A stretch of 64,000 nt of DNA from Octopus sinensis (taxonomy: Eukaryota): contig NC_043009.1 of NCBI RefSeq assembly GCF_006345805.1, positions 10,974,001-11,038,000 of the forward strand, given 5' to 3'. The translations under genes and the position numbers were made by a program. Below are positions 52,264 through 64,000 of this stretch, one piece after another. The stretch's first letter is position 1. Every line of letters begins with the position of its first letter. The notes beneath the pieces are model-generated. The model searched no databases. It had not been told where the DNA came from and saw only the letters and a list, made by a program, of their open reading frames with translations.

Positions 52264-53109
52264 ACTGTGAAGAAAGATAGTCAACATTAATTAAAGAATA
52301 TCAAATTGGTGGTAAAATTTTATTGAATTTTAAAATCATAATAACAGTTTATAGACGAATCCTTTAAGAATATATATTATATCGATATAAATCTCCGAAT
52401 TCCCAAATTTTATTTCGCTGTTTATATAATCTCAACGAACTGAAGATTATATTGGACGGTTTTCACTAAAATATAAACTCATATAAAAACGTTTTCAAAA
52501 TTCGTAAATATAGGTTATATTTTAGATAAGAATACACACATTAATTTTCTCCCCTCTCTCCTTCTTCTTGACCATAACACACACTCTCTCTCTCTCTGCT
52601 TGTCTCTCCTCTCTCTGCTTGACTCTCCTTCTCTCTCTGTCTGCCTGCCTCTGTCTCCATCTCCCTCTCTTACTTCCCCTCTCTCCATCGGTAATACTAG
52701 CTGTCATTTCCAATATGACCTTCCACCTAAACGTCCGCAACTTGCGTATTAATGACGCAATATCTATCAGTTGTCTCTAACTACAGTTTAGCAATCGTCA
52801 TCAGCTTCTCGACTGTCAATAATTTGTTGCATGATTTGAATATAATTTTAACTCACTCATCATTTCAACGTTAGACTTAATACACTTTACAGCGTGTTCG
52901 ATGTGGCCGGCGGTTAATAGTATCAATTTTTAATTTCTCAGTTCGTTTTGTGCTGGTTTCAGTAGAATTACTAAATAAAACTATTTTACATGTGATGTTC
53001 TTTTCTGAAGTGGCTCTCATTAGTTTCTTAATCAAATGTATTAAAGATAAATCCATTATTACTTAGAGAGGATCAAAGCCTCAGGTTTAGCAGGGGGCAA
53101 CATTAACTA

Positions 53110-53608
53110 CATTAATATCAGTATTTGACATGTAGTTTATTTTATCAAATCTTGGACAACAGAAGCAAAATTTCACCTCTGCGGGATTTGAATTCAGTTC
53201 GAATAACTATTTCTTTATTACCCACAAGGGGCTAAACACAGAGGGGGCAAACAAGGACGGACAAAGGGGTTACATCGATCCCAATGCGTAACTGGTACTT
53301 AATTTATCAACCCCGAAAGGATGAAAGGCAAAGTCGACTTCGGCGGAATTTGAACTTAGAACGTAACGGCAGACAAAATACCTATTTCTTTACTACCCAC
53401 AAGGGGCTAAACATAGTGTGGAAAAACAAGGACAGACAAAGGGGTTAAGTCGATTACATCGATCCCAGTGCGTAACTGGTACTTAATTTATCGACCCCGA
53501 AAGGATGAAAGGCAAAGTCGAAATCGGTGGAATTTGAACTCAGAACATAAAGACAGACGAAATACCGCTAAGCATTTCGCCCGGCGTGCTAACGCATCTG
53601 CCAGCTCG
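53110..53608 (-). mobile_element. SINE family B, tandem
   Basis: Repeated unit; head reverse complement gcatctgccagctcg at about 53595-53608. Further degenerate monomers at 53703-53915, 54960-55140, 57597-57808 (+) and 9655-9820, 60320-60440, 61385-61530 (-). Confidence 0.8.
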
Positions 53609-54907
53609 AATACCGCAGCACGTTCTAACAAGTCGGGTAATCTGCTAATCTATTAAGAACATAAATACTTCCATTTCACGACTATATTGTATGAACCTGT
53701 GAAGGCAGCAAGCTGGAAGAATCGTTAGCATGACGAGCAAAATGCTTAGCGACATTCCGACCCTCTTTACGCTGAGAGTTCCTGTTCCGTCGAGGTCTTC
53801 TTTACATTTCATCCTCTCGGGGTAGATAAAATAGGTACCAGTTCAGTATTGGGGTCGATTTAAGCGATTTAACCCCTCTCCCAAAATTGTTTTCCTTATG
53901 CTAAAATTTGAAACCAATATTATATAGATTTGTTTCAGTACAATGGTGAGACATTGTCCGCCACTGGAGCACGTGGAAACTTGAAATATGTCAAAAGATA
54001 GGGCTAAAATTCGAAATAAATCTTTAAAGAATATCGTGGAATAAATGAGCCCCACTAAATATGGTATTGGTCATGGAAGCATTTCAGAAATAGTAAATTA
54101 TGTTCCTCTCAATCGTTCTTCATTTCGTTCTTGAGTGGCAACATCGAACTATGATTTGGCATAAACTAATACAAATAGAATTTATCTTTATATAGTAACT
54201 TTGAAGCAGAACTAGATTTGTTTTCCATATCATATAAATGAAAAATATCAAAAGTTACAAAATTGTATATAGAAATTAATTATCGCCATAATTAACTATC
54301 TTGTGTGGAATTATAAAAAAATATATTTAGTAAAAATACTGTTTGATAACTTTTTAATTTACCTGCGGTCAGTGTTCTTACAGCGAGGAAGTGATACAAA
54401 ATTTATGAAGAATCACATAAAAACACTCCACATCAATGACACTATTTTATAATGTTATGTCATGTATGTTTCCTTTAGTTGAACATAATCCGTTGGCGAA
54501 TAACAATATCACTCTATATACACTTAAATTATGCTTTACAAATCGGCACTGTCCAGACATATTGCCCTCCATCTCTCTTCCTTGGTTATTTTTTAACGGC
54601 TATTGTCATTGTCAGGTTGTTAATGCTTTGGATTTTCAGAAAGCGTGTATAGGAAATCCTGTTATACCTACGACAATGTATGCAGCAAGAAGCGTATTTT
54701 ATGGTTAGTAACTTATCTAATAAAGTACCATCACTGATTAGAGGATATTGATACAGAGAACACACTAATAGATTATTTAATTCTTTTAATCTCGTTTGAT
54801 ATTATTAATCTTAACGAGTATTCCCCTTTTCAAGTTGCTTTGGCACACTTTGTTAAACCCAATTTTATTTCTCCGGTAAATTTATGCACTGCCTGTAATA
54901 ATGTTGC

Positions 54908-54960
<53 letters not shown>

Positions 54961-55189
54961 CGGCAAAATCCTTGGAGGCATTTCCTGCTTCATTATGTTC
55001 GGAGTTCAAATTCCACCGAGTTCGACTTTGCCTTTCATCGTTTTAGGGTTGAGAAAATAGGTACCAATTAGACACTGGAGCCGATATAATCAACTTTAAC
55101 CCTACCATAAATTGCTGGTCTTGTGCCAAAAATTGAAATTTATATTTATTGTTATTATTAGTTTTTTTTTTTTTACTTCTCAGAGCGCT

Positions 55190-55995
55190 CTGTCCTATTT
55201 ACTGTTGTTGATTCTGAGAAAGGGGACAGCAGCCTGTTTTCAGAGGTCTCACAGGATCTCTTTCCGCACATTATAAGTTTTGATTCTTGGTTGTTAATTA
55301 TCGTGGAAGACATTCAACATCCAAGTGCTAATTTCAAAATCTTGGCTGTTCCCAGCAGAGCAGCTTTTGGGGCTTGCTCTGCTCTCGTTTCAATTCCAAC
55401 TTCTCTGACATATTTCTCGAACTTGACTGTTAGTGCTCCGAGTGCCCCTAAAACTATTGGGATGACAAATAGTCTCCTCATAGTCCACATTCTTGCGATT
55501 TCGTCTTTTCATAGTCTGTACTTTTCAATCTTTACTAGTTTCTTGTCGCTTCAACATGTATCCACAGGTATTGCAAAGTCTATACTTTTGGTTTCCTTTC
55601 TTCCTTTATCTACCACAACAGCATCTGGTCTCCGAGCATCGATTAGGGAGTCACATTGGATTGCAAAATCTCACAGTATCTTACCATCATTGTTCTCAGT
55701 TAATCCTTCTGCTTCATGTTCGTACCATTTCTGTGCTCTGTCCAGGCCGTATTTTTCACATGGCTTCCAGTGAACAAACTTATTCACGTTAACGTGCCTC
55801 CTTTTGTACTGCTTTTGGTTCAGCTTGCTACACTCACTAACAATATGCGAGATTCTTTCATTTTTGCTGCCGCACATCCTACAAAGGGGCGATTCGTTGC
55901 TCTTATCTATTGAGAACTTGGTGTAATTAGTTTTCAAAGCTTGTACCAATGCCTCAGTGCATCCTTTCAGATAAATTTCTCTTAGCCATCACCAA
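55190..55995 (-). pseudogene. R4/Dong-type non-LTR retrotransposon 3' part: CCHC knuckle and restriction-like endonuclease
   Basis: CRMCGSKNERISHIVSEC, YKRRH, ILxDFAIQCD, ARRPDAVVVD, IDFAIPVD, KIEKY motifs; stops present. Confidence 0.85.
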
Positions 55996-56027
55996 GTGTT
56001 GGTCTTGTCTTTTCCTTCGATTTCTCT

Positions 56028-56472
56028 GAGGTATTCTCTTTACTCGTTTCAGTCCTTTGACTGCGGCCATGCTGGAGCACCGCCTTTAATCGAGCAACTC
56101 GATCCCGGGACTTATTGTTTTGTAAGCTCAGTACTTATTCTATCGGTCTGTTTTGCCGAATCGCTAAGTAACAGGGACATAAACACACCAGCATCGGTTG
56201 TCAAGCAATGCTAGGGGGACAAACACAGATACACAAACACACACGCATATATATATATATATATATATAATATATATATATATATAATATATATATAAAA
56301 TATACATATATACGACGGGCTTCTTCAGTTTCCGTCTACCAAATCCACTCACAAGGCTTTGGTCGGCCGAGGCTATAGTAGAAGACACTTGCCCAAGATG
56401 CCACGCAGGGACTGAACCCGGAACCATGTGGTTGGTAAACAAGCTACTTACCACACAGCCACTCCTGCGCCT
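56028..56472 (-). mobile_element. Family A inserted into the RLE LINE
   Basis: Reverse complement of the family A consensus, lying between the two LINE segments. Confidence 0.9.
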
Positions 56473-57500
56473 ATTTGCCCTTGCAGAGATTTTATTTTCT
56501 AATTGCTGATTCTTCCTTCTTAACCTTGTTTCTTAAATGTTTGTGGATGCATCACACTTTCGTTAGGTATTGTATTGTTAATTCTAACAGCAGCAAGCAA
56601 GGATTCATTTTGCTGTTTGATGTACCAACCCAAACCGTTCTTCTCATTGACAACACAGATCCTACCTCCCACGGGCTTCTTCATATCTTGTTTCTAGGCA
56701 CATACAGCCTGTCAGTATCACTTTTCTGGTGTAGTTCCTTGTTAACTGTCATCATAAGTCTGATTTTCCTGTCCATTTCCTTAAACATGTAGCTGTTCAC
56801 AACTAGTGAGCTAAGGTAACACCCCTTATTTTTCGAGCATCATCCGAAGTATTCGAGCGATTCCTTCATTCTTTGGTCGTATCTTACCATCTTTGCTTTC
56901 TTTAAACGAAGCGCTGTTTCAGTTCCTCCATTACCACTTTCAGGCCATTTCTTTCAATATCATACTTTCTGTTCAGTGCCCTGTATTTTTGTATGCTTAT
57001 AAGCCCCCTCTCCTCTTTTCGGTCTAACACAGAAATGTCCTTGGAGAGCATGTCTAACCCCGTCTGTATTCTTCATTTCCACCATGGATATTTTCTTTTG
57101 TCACTTCCATTACTTGCTTTTTCTTCACATCAACATCCACATTTTCTGCTACAACAATACTTGCTGCCTTGATCAAATTGTTTCTTTGATTTGATGTATT
57201 TTTGTTCTGATGTATTTCAGAATTTCATTGAAATTTTCCATTTCTTGGTTCAATTTCCACCGATGAACCTTATAAATAATGTCGCTATCGTTCTCCTCTA
57301 GTCTTGCCTTCATTCTGTCGTAGATTCCAGTTCTGTTTAGGATGTCAGATAAATGTGTCAGTGCCAAGCAGAAAAGGTGTGGAAAGAGCGTGTCTCCCTG
57401 GAATATTCCTCTTCTAATGGGGATGGGTTTGTTTTCTATGAGTCCCTCTTTTGTCTGGAGCTGTAGCACTGTCTGCCATTTATGCATGGAATGTGTTATG
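56473..57500 (-). pseudogene. Same LINE, upstream RT segment with internal deletion (IPIRRGIFQGDTLFPHLFCLAL)
   Basis: ORF 57173-57553 has the RT QGD motif fused directly to downstream sequence. Confidence 0.8.
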
Positions 57501-58419
57501 TATTTTATTATTGTCACTATTTTTGTTGTTGTTGTTATTATTATTATAATCATTATTATTTGTTATATATTTTATTATTATTATTATTATTATTTAGGCA
57601 GTGAGCTGGTAGAATCTTAAATAAGTGGGCAAAATGCTTAGCAGCATTTCTTCCGTCTTCACGTCCCGAGTTCGAATTCCATTGAAGTCGACTTCGCATT
57701 TCATCCTTTTGGGTTCGATAAAATAAGTACCACTCAAACACTGGGTTAATATAATCGACTTAGACCTACTCCTGAAATTACTAGCCTTGTGCCAAAGCTT
57801 AAAACTATTATTATTGGTCATATTATTATTATTATTTTTAATAGTACGGAAACTCTGACGAGAAGGAAACTATTTGGGTGGGGGGCTACGTATTATAAGA
57901 AACCTTGTGAAACATTAGGCAGACGGTGGTTTGCAAAAGAATGTAAATAAAGAATACTGGCTTTGATTTTTATACAACCTGGACTAAGCACCTTTATGAT
58001 TTTCCTTCTATAGTTAATGAAAGTGCTTTGAGATACGAAGCCTAATGCCTGGAGCAATAAACTTTCGAATCGATTATCGAATATATTTTCTCTAACAGAC
58101 AGGAATATAATGGAAAAGTGAGTTATTCTGGCTGATAAAAATAACTGGCTAACTTTCTCTCGAATTAGTGAAGACATTAGCAGAAGACGAACACTTCATG
58201 TAATGTTCTAATGTATTTCCTTTAGGTATTAGAAAAATACTATATTTTTACTTTCCAACTGTGTTTAATAATAATAAAAACACTCATTACAAACAAAACC
58301 GGATACGAACTAATGTACAATACAACTAACCACACTTACACAAAGAAACACACAGACACACACACACCTGAATGTGTATGCATATGTAAGTGTGCATCAT
58401 TTTTTTCTATCTTTTATTT

Positions 58420-58740
58420 GTTTCAATCATTAGACTGCGGCCAAGCTGTATCATCGTCTTCCAGAGATTTTAGTCCGATGGATCGTTCCCAGTATTTTCT
58501 GTTTTGTTTTATTTAAGCCTGGTACTTCTCCATCGGTTCTTTCTGGCGAACTGCTGAGTTGCGGAGACTTCAAGAACCCAGTGCCGGGCCTCAAGCGGTG
58601 GTGGGGGACAAAGATAGATACAAAGACACCCCCACCACACACACATATAGGATGGGCTTCTGTCAGTTTCCGTCTAACAAATCCACCCACAAGGATTTGG
58701 TCGGCCCAAAGCTATAGTAAAAGACATTTGCCTATTGTAC
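58420..58740 (-). mobile_element. Family A, degenerate
   Basis: tgtttcaatcattagactgcggcc..gtttccgtctaacaaatccacccacaagg. Confidence 0.7.
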
Positions 58741-58776
58741 CATACATATATGTATATATATATAAATGTGTGTACG

Positions 58777-58807
<31 letters not shown>

Positions 58808-58808
58808 A

Positions 58809-58853
<45 letters not shown>

Positions 58854-58912
58854 GCATAAGCATATATGTATATATATTTATGTATTTATGTATGTATATT
58901 CATGCATGTATG

Positions 58913-58955
<43 letters not shown>

Positions 58956-58979
58956 TTATATGTATTATACATATTATAT

Positions 58980-59023
<44 letters not shown>

Positions 59024-59474
59024 GTGTGTGTGTGTGTGTGTGTGTGTACTTATGTACGTTTATACATACATATTCGCGTGTACCTTTTGTGTTAGTGAAT
59101 GTACGGATATATCCTTAGTAGTCATTATTATCTGCCACAAAATGGCTGGTTTATCCTCTGTGGAAACGGAGATAATTTCAATAAATCCGGAATTTATCTC
59201 GTATGTTATATAATATATCACTGTTCAAAATTGTGCTACTGGCCATTCCGAGGTATTTCTCTCATCTCAATTTCGTTTTATTTATGTAAAGCACAGTTGG
59301 CTATAGATGTGTTCTACTCTGTGCATATGTCTAAGTGCCTCGCATGAGGAAAGAGAATGTAGAGCAATTACCGCTTTGATAATCCTTTTTGAAACAGAAC
59401 TACACGTCCAAATTAGTCTTCTGTGAATAATGACTAAAACTGTCTTTTCACTAATGACATACTCTTTTTTTTTT

Positions 59475-59687
59475 ACTGTTTTACTTGTTTCAGTCATTTC
59501 ACTGCGGCCATGCTGAATCACCGCCTTTAGTCGATCAAATCGACTCCAGGCTCCTTGTAAGCCTAGTACTTATTCTATCGGTCTCTTTTGCCGAACCGCT
59601 AAGTTACGGGGATGTAAACACACTACCAGTTTGGGGGGACAAACTCAGACACCCAAACATATACACACATACATATATATATGTATA

Positions 59688-59718
<31 letters not shown>

Positions 59719-59880
59719 TATATACTACGGACCACTTTCAGTTTCCGTCTATCAAATCCATTTAGAAGGCTTTGGTCTGTCCGAGGTTATATTAGAAGAG
59801 ACTTGCCTAAGGTGCCACGCAACAGGAATGAACCCAGAACCATGTGGTTGGTGCGCAAGCTACTTACCACACAGCCACGT
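59475..59880 (-). mobile_element. Family A
   Basis: cttgtttcagtcatttcactgcggccatgctg..gtttccgtctatcaaatcca..cttaccacacagcc. Confidence 0.85.
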
Positions 59881-60454
59881 GCATTTTTTTTTTTTTGAGA
59901 GAAATCTTGATTCGTGAAAATATGTTTCTTTCTCGTTTGATTTTTGTACCAAATGCTATTATGTTGCAGTTTTACTCGCTCTTCAAGCGGAGATAATTCC
60001 AATATCAGAAACATTTTCTCGCTTTGTATTTAATACAACATACGTCGTCTCTGTCGTCCAGTTACATGCTACGAACAATTCTGAGTTAATATTTAAGCTC
60101 ATTTCTTTTCTTTAACTCACTCGCACAACCACACACACACACACATACACACACATACAAACACACAAATATTTACACATATACATAACAAAACAAAGGA
60201 ATTATTTAATAAATAATTTAGCTGTCTCATCGTCCACGTGATTCCTTGATAAAACTTTCTTCAATAGGCAAAAGTTTTGAAAGTTCTGGAAGTGTGGTGA
60301 CTAGTAGTTTACATCAAATGGAATTTATTTTATCGACCTCTAATGAATGAGAGGCAAAGTCGACTTAAGTGGCATTTGAACTCAATACATAAAACCAAAA
60401 TTAATGCCGCTAAGTATTTGGTCCGGTGTGCTAATGCTTCATGACATGTGGGTG

Positions 60455-60848
60455 ACCTACAATCGATGTGATATCTTACATATCGTGAAAACCAAGTATC
60501 TCCAAACTGTGATGGTCTTTGGGTGTATTTCCAGTGAGGATGACATCTGCCGCCTCACGTCCTTGAACAGGGCCTTACGCTCAATTCAGACGGCTCTGTG
60601 AAGCTACTGGAGAGTTTGTTCAAATCCTGGCTGGAGATGATTACTGCTGGAAGGCCATATGTGTAGCAGAAGGATTTAGTTCCTTGCCTTACCTCCGGAA
60701 TGAATGCCGGAGAATTTATATGCCTTTACTTGCCCAAATTTCTGGCCTCCTAATTCCTCTGATTGCAATCCCATGGATTATTATGTGTGGGGTGTATTTG
60801 AGAAAGACATCAACCGCTTTGCCTGTAAAACGAACGCCGAGCAGGTAA
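60455..60848 (+). pseudogene. Tc1/mariner (maT/DD37D-like) transposase catalytic fragment
   Basis: TKYLQTVMVFGCISSE..; FWPPNSSDCNPMDYYVWG (WPPxSPDxNPxDY motif). Confidence 0.75.
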
Positions 60849-61018
60849 CATGTGTATGTAGGGACATATACCTGTATGTGTATGCACATATATATGTATG
60901 TATTTACGTATGTGTATGCGTATTTGTGTACATAAGTATTTATGTATATATATATATATATATGTGTGTGTGTTTGTGTGTGTGTGTATGTGTGTGTGTG
61001 TGTGTTTGTGTACGTATG

Positions 61019-61049
<31 letters not shown>

Positions 61050-62757
61050 ATATGTATGTATGCATGGAATTAAGATCTGAAACAAAAACCCTTTTATAGA
61101 AATAAGTAACGCAAAAATGAGGTTGCTGGAGGAAGTTATGCAATTTACGTAGGAGAGAAACGCACTCCGATTTTGATTTTCCATTTGATTCGGTGGCTTT
61201 TTGAAAAATGAATAATGCGCGACAAAGAAATCAAAGAAATTTGAATCATATGTAGGACGTTTGTAAGTATCGAATGTATGATATATAAATAAATTCGAAA
61301 GGTAATACGTTAAGAAATAACTATTATGAATATGTAATATTGGTTTCGGATTTTTGCAAAAGGCCAGCAGTTTCGGGTTGGTTAAGGGGTTAGTCAATTA
61401 CATCGACAGCAGTGCTCCACTGGTTCCTTATTTATCGACCACGAAATGATGAAAGACAAAATCACCTCGGCAGAAATTCAACTTGGAATTTTAAAACGGG
61501 CAAACATCCGCTAAGCATTCCGCCAACTTGCCAAGTTTCATGAATATGCAATATTACCGTAAGAAATGTTTTATAATGTCTGTGAATAATTCGAGTGTTA
61601 ATCAGAATTATGAGACAAGTAATTTATTAATTTTTAAATTATTGGTAGTATTATATTGGATTTTTGTAATAAGGAAAATATGAATTGAATCGATATGATA
61701 TAATGTAGTGCTTCCTTCCTTGGAATCCTGGCAAAGTTCAGTGGAGTCAGAGTTACGTTTGGGAATTACGGGCTGGTACAAACTCAATAAAGTAGCTGAC
61801 ATGTTCAATGAAATGAATCACACAACTACCACTCTTTTTTCTTCTTAATACTTTCTATCGCAGTTTGCAATTCTTCAAAATTTGAACACAAAAACATACA
61901 TACACCAACATATACACAAGGCATCTTACGTTCCATTATGACAGGAAAAAGTTATTCCTTTGACATTTCGATGGTAACTTAACATTAATGAATAAAGTAT
62001 GAAGTTGGCACTGGAATGTCGTTTGTGAATTAAGTTGACGTTCAAGCATCCGGCGATAATCTTTAAGGGCAATAGCCTGTGTTGCTTCCTTGAACATATT
62101 GGACATCGTTTTAATGTTGCTGAATGGCAAGCAAATTGGAGAAATGCTGGCTGCCAAATGTGATGTATTCTACCTTGGAGATATAATTTAAGCCAACATT
62201 TGGTGAACACAAACAGCTATGAAGTAAAAGCAAATATTTTACTTTGCAAAGAGGCTACTAGTGACTTCTGTGGAAAACTTAATCGGTGCGTGATAAATAC
62301 TTGGCGTGAATAAAATTTCCAACCATTTCCACTATCAAAGAGGTGTTGTAGAAGGATGACATGCTGGTGTACATTGTGCAGTTTTAGAGACTGTAGAATG
62401 ATATTGAAAATAGGTTAGACCCATTTCGAACAAATGAAGATGTCATCAATTTACAAGAAAGCCTCGTTGTGTTACAGAGTAATCAAACTCCACGAGATAA
62501 TTTAATTATTGGTTCAATAATTTATGGAGAAATAATGAAATTGCTAGGGAATTACCATCGTGTTACACAGGGAGCAAAACAACATTTCTTTGCCTATCCT
62601 ACTTTTTAGCTATTTGAGCCACGTTCTAGCCAAGTGACTTTGCTACCATCCAAAACTAAAATTCCCTTAAAAATTGCAGGAAGAAGCGATCTTTATTTGT
62701 CTCTAGCAACTCTGGATGCTAATACTGAAAATCTTTGAAAATTGCATCAGTTGCAAA

Positions 62758-63196
62758 GGATCTTTTCGGTTTGAACGGCAGTTTTTAACATAATTTCTAG
62801 GTAACTAAAAAAATTTAAACTTCATATACTGGTAGAATGTGTTTATAAAACATCTTTTTCTCTTGGCTTTATTGAGAAAATTCTATAGTTTGTAAGATAT
62901 TTGTTGTTTATTTTCTTCAATTTCTGCAATTTCAAGCAATCAATGACGTCCATTGAGGTAAAAACATTCTGTGTCATATGAATATGTCCCTCGTTTAAGA
63001 AACAGATTGGGTTTATTTACATTTGTGAAGAAATAAAAGATACCCTTCCCCCCACCCGTAACCCTAAACCTAACCCTAACTAACCCTAACCCTAAAACAG
63101 ATTGAAATGCAATAGATCGATACTAGGGTCATAATTATGGGTGACAATTTCATATGACACCGCTAGAAAAAACTGCCGTTCAAACCGAAAAGGTCC
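62758..63196. mobile_element. Second copy of the (TAACCC)n-containing MITE
   Basis: TIR ggatcttttcggtttgaacggcagttttt / aaaaactgccgttcaaaccgaaaaggtcc; TSD gttgcaaa (62750-62757) / gctgcaaa (63197-63204). Confidence 0.9.
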
Positions 63197-63960
63197 GCTG
63201 CAAAGATCTCACTAAATAAATGAAGTAAAAAGATAATGCGATATATCATTTTTGCACTTTGTTAAATGGTTTTTATTTTTTGTGTTTAAGAAGTAATCGT
63301 TTTTAGAGTTAATCTAACTTTACGTGTTATGTCAGAAAAATAATGTTTGGTTATAAGTGGTTGTTTCTTTAAACTCATAAAATATTTTTGTTTTTGAGAA
63401 ATAGATTAATAAAGAATAATTTAACTTGGCTTTTAATATACACTTATATTTTTTATGGAGTTTATTACGGTAATGGCAGAAAAAAGGTTATATTTGAAAA
63501 AAAAAACATTTATTTAATGCTTTTTTATCGTTATGTATTTTTGTTCAAAAATTCTCTTCATTATAATTTATCTTGTTTTTTCATAGATATAAATCATAAA
63601 AATAAATCTCAGGATTATAAAACTAATTTAAAACAATTAATATTTAAAATTTCGTTATTATTTGATAAAACTTTACAAATTATGTTTTATTAACAGTTTT
63701 AGATATTTTCATGACTTGGTTCAACTATTAGACATTTATTTAATTAAAAAAATGGAGTACATTTTTTCACTAATAATATTTCGAGGGACATGGAAAAACT
63801 ATAAATTTTATGGAAGCGGGGTCATTAGTTTTAAAATGTTGGTGCAATCGAATGTTGTCTTCGAATATTATAATATTAGGTGATAAATGAAATATTGTAT
63901 ATTTAAAAATTACGAAAGGATTTGCATAAAACAAAGATAATTATTGACGATGTATGTGGA

Positions 63961-64000
63961 AGCACTCCGTCGGTTACGACGATGAGGGTTCCGGTTGATC
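63961..64000 (-). mobile_element. 3' end of a SINE with tail X, running off the window
   Basis: agcactccgtcggttacgacgatgagggttcc is the reverse complement of the 26440-26470 tail. Confidence 0.8.

Noticed and set aside
1251-61143. Dozens of ORFs rich in YI/HT/CV/YVCM or poly-amino-acid runs
   Set aside because: They are translations of (TA)n, (CA)n, (TATG)n and trinucleotide microsatellites, with no coding signal.
61936-62157. ISPICLP motif suggesting a trypsin-like protease exon
   Set aside because: No other serine-protease motifs follow; probably the antisense shadow of the decayed plus-strand reading.

Overview
AT-rich eukaryotic DNA dominated by microsatellites and interspersed repeats, with no long intact gene. 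The repeat landscape looks like an octopus (coleoid cephalopod) genome; this is my recollection of such repeats and was not verified by a search. Supported content: (1) many copies of three tRNA-SINE-like families; (2) a complete but dead Tc1/mariner element (17506-18763) and other mariner relics; (3) a Ty3/Gypsy gag-protease relic split by a SINE trimer; (4) an R4/Dong-type RLE LINE and RTE LINE fragments; (5) Penelope-like GIY-YIG relics; (6) two copies of an 8-bp-TSD MITE carrying (TAACCC)n. The most interesting signal is RNA structure. A foldback element at 111-586 carries a complete type I hammerhead ribozyme core in each arm. A second short repeat family has a minimal hammerhead with a compensatory stem I change. 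An RTE-derived element keeps what looks like the 3' half of an HDV-like ribozyme and is flanked by ~140-bp direct repeats. Several low-confidence exon candidates are present, mainly a minus-strand cluster at about 7.9-10.1 kb that includes a 177-codon open terminal-exon candidate. Most ORFs in the supplied track are microsatellite artefacts.
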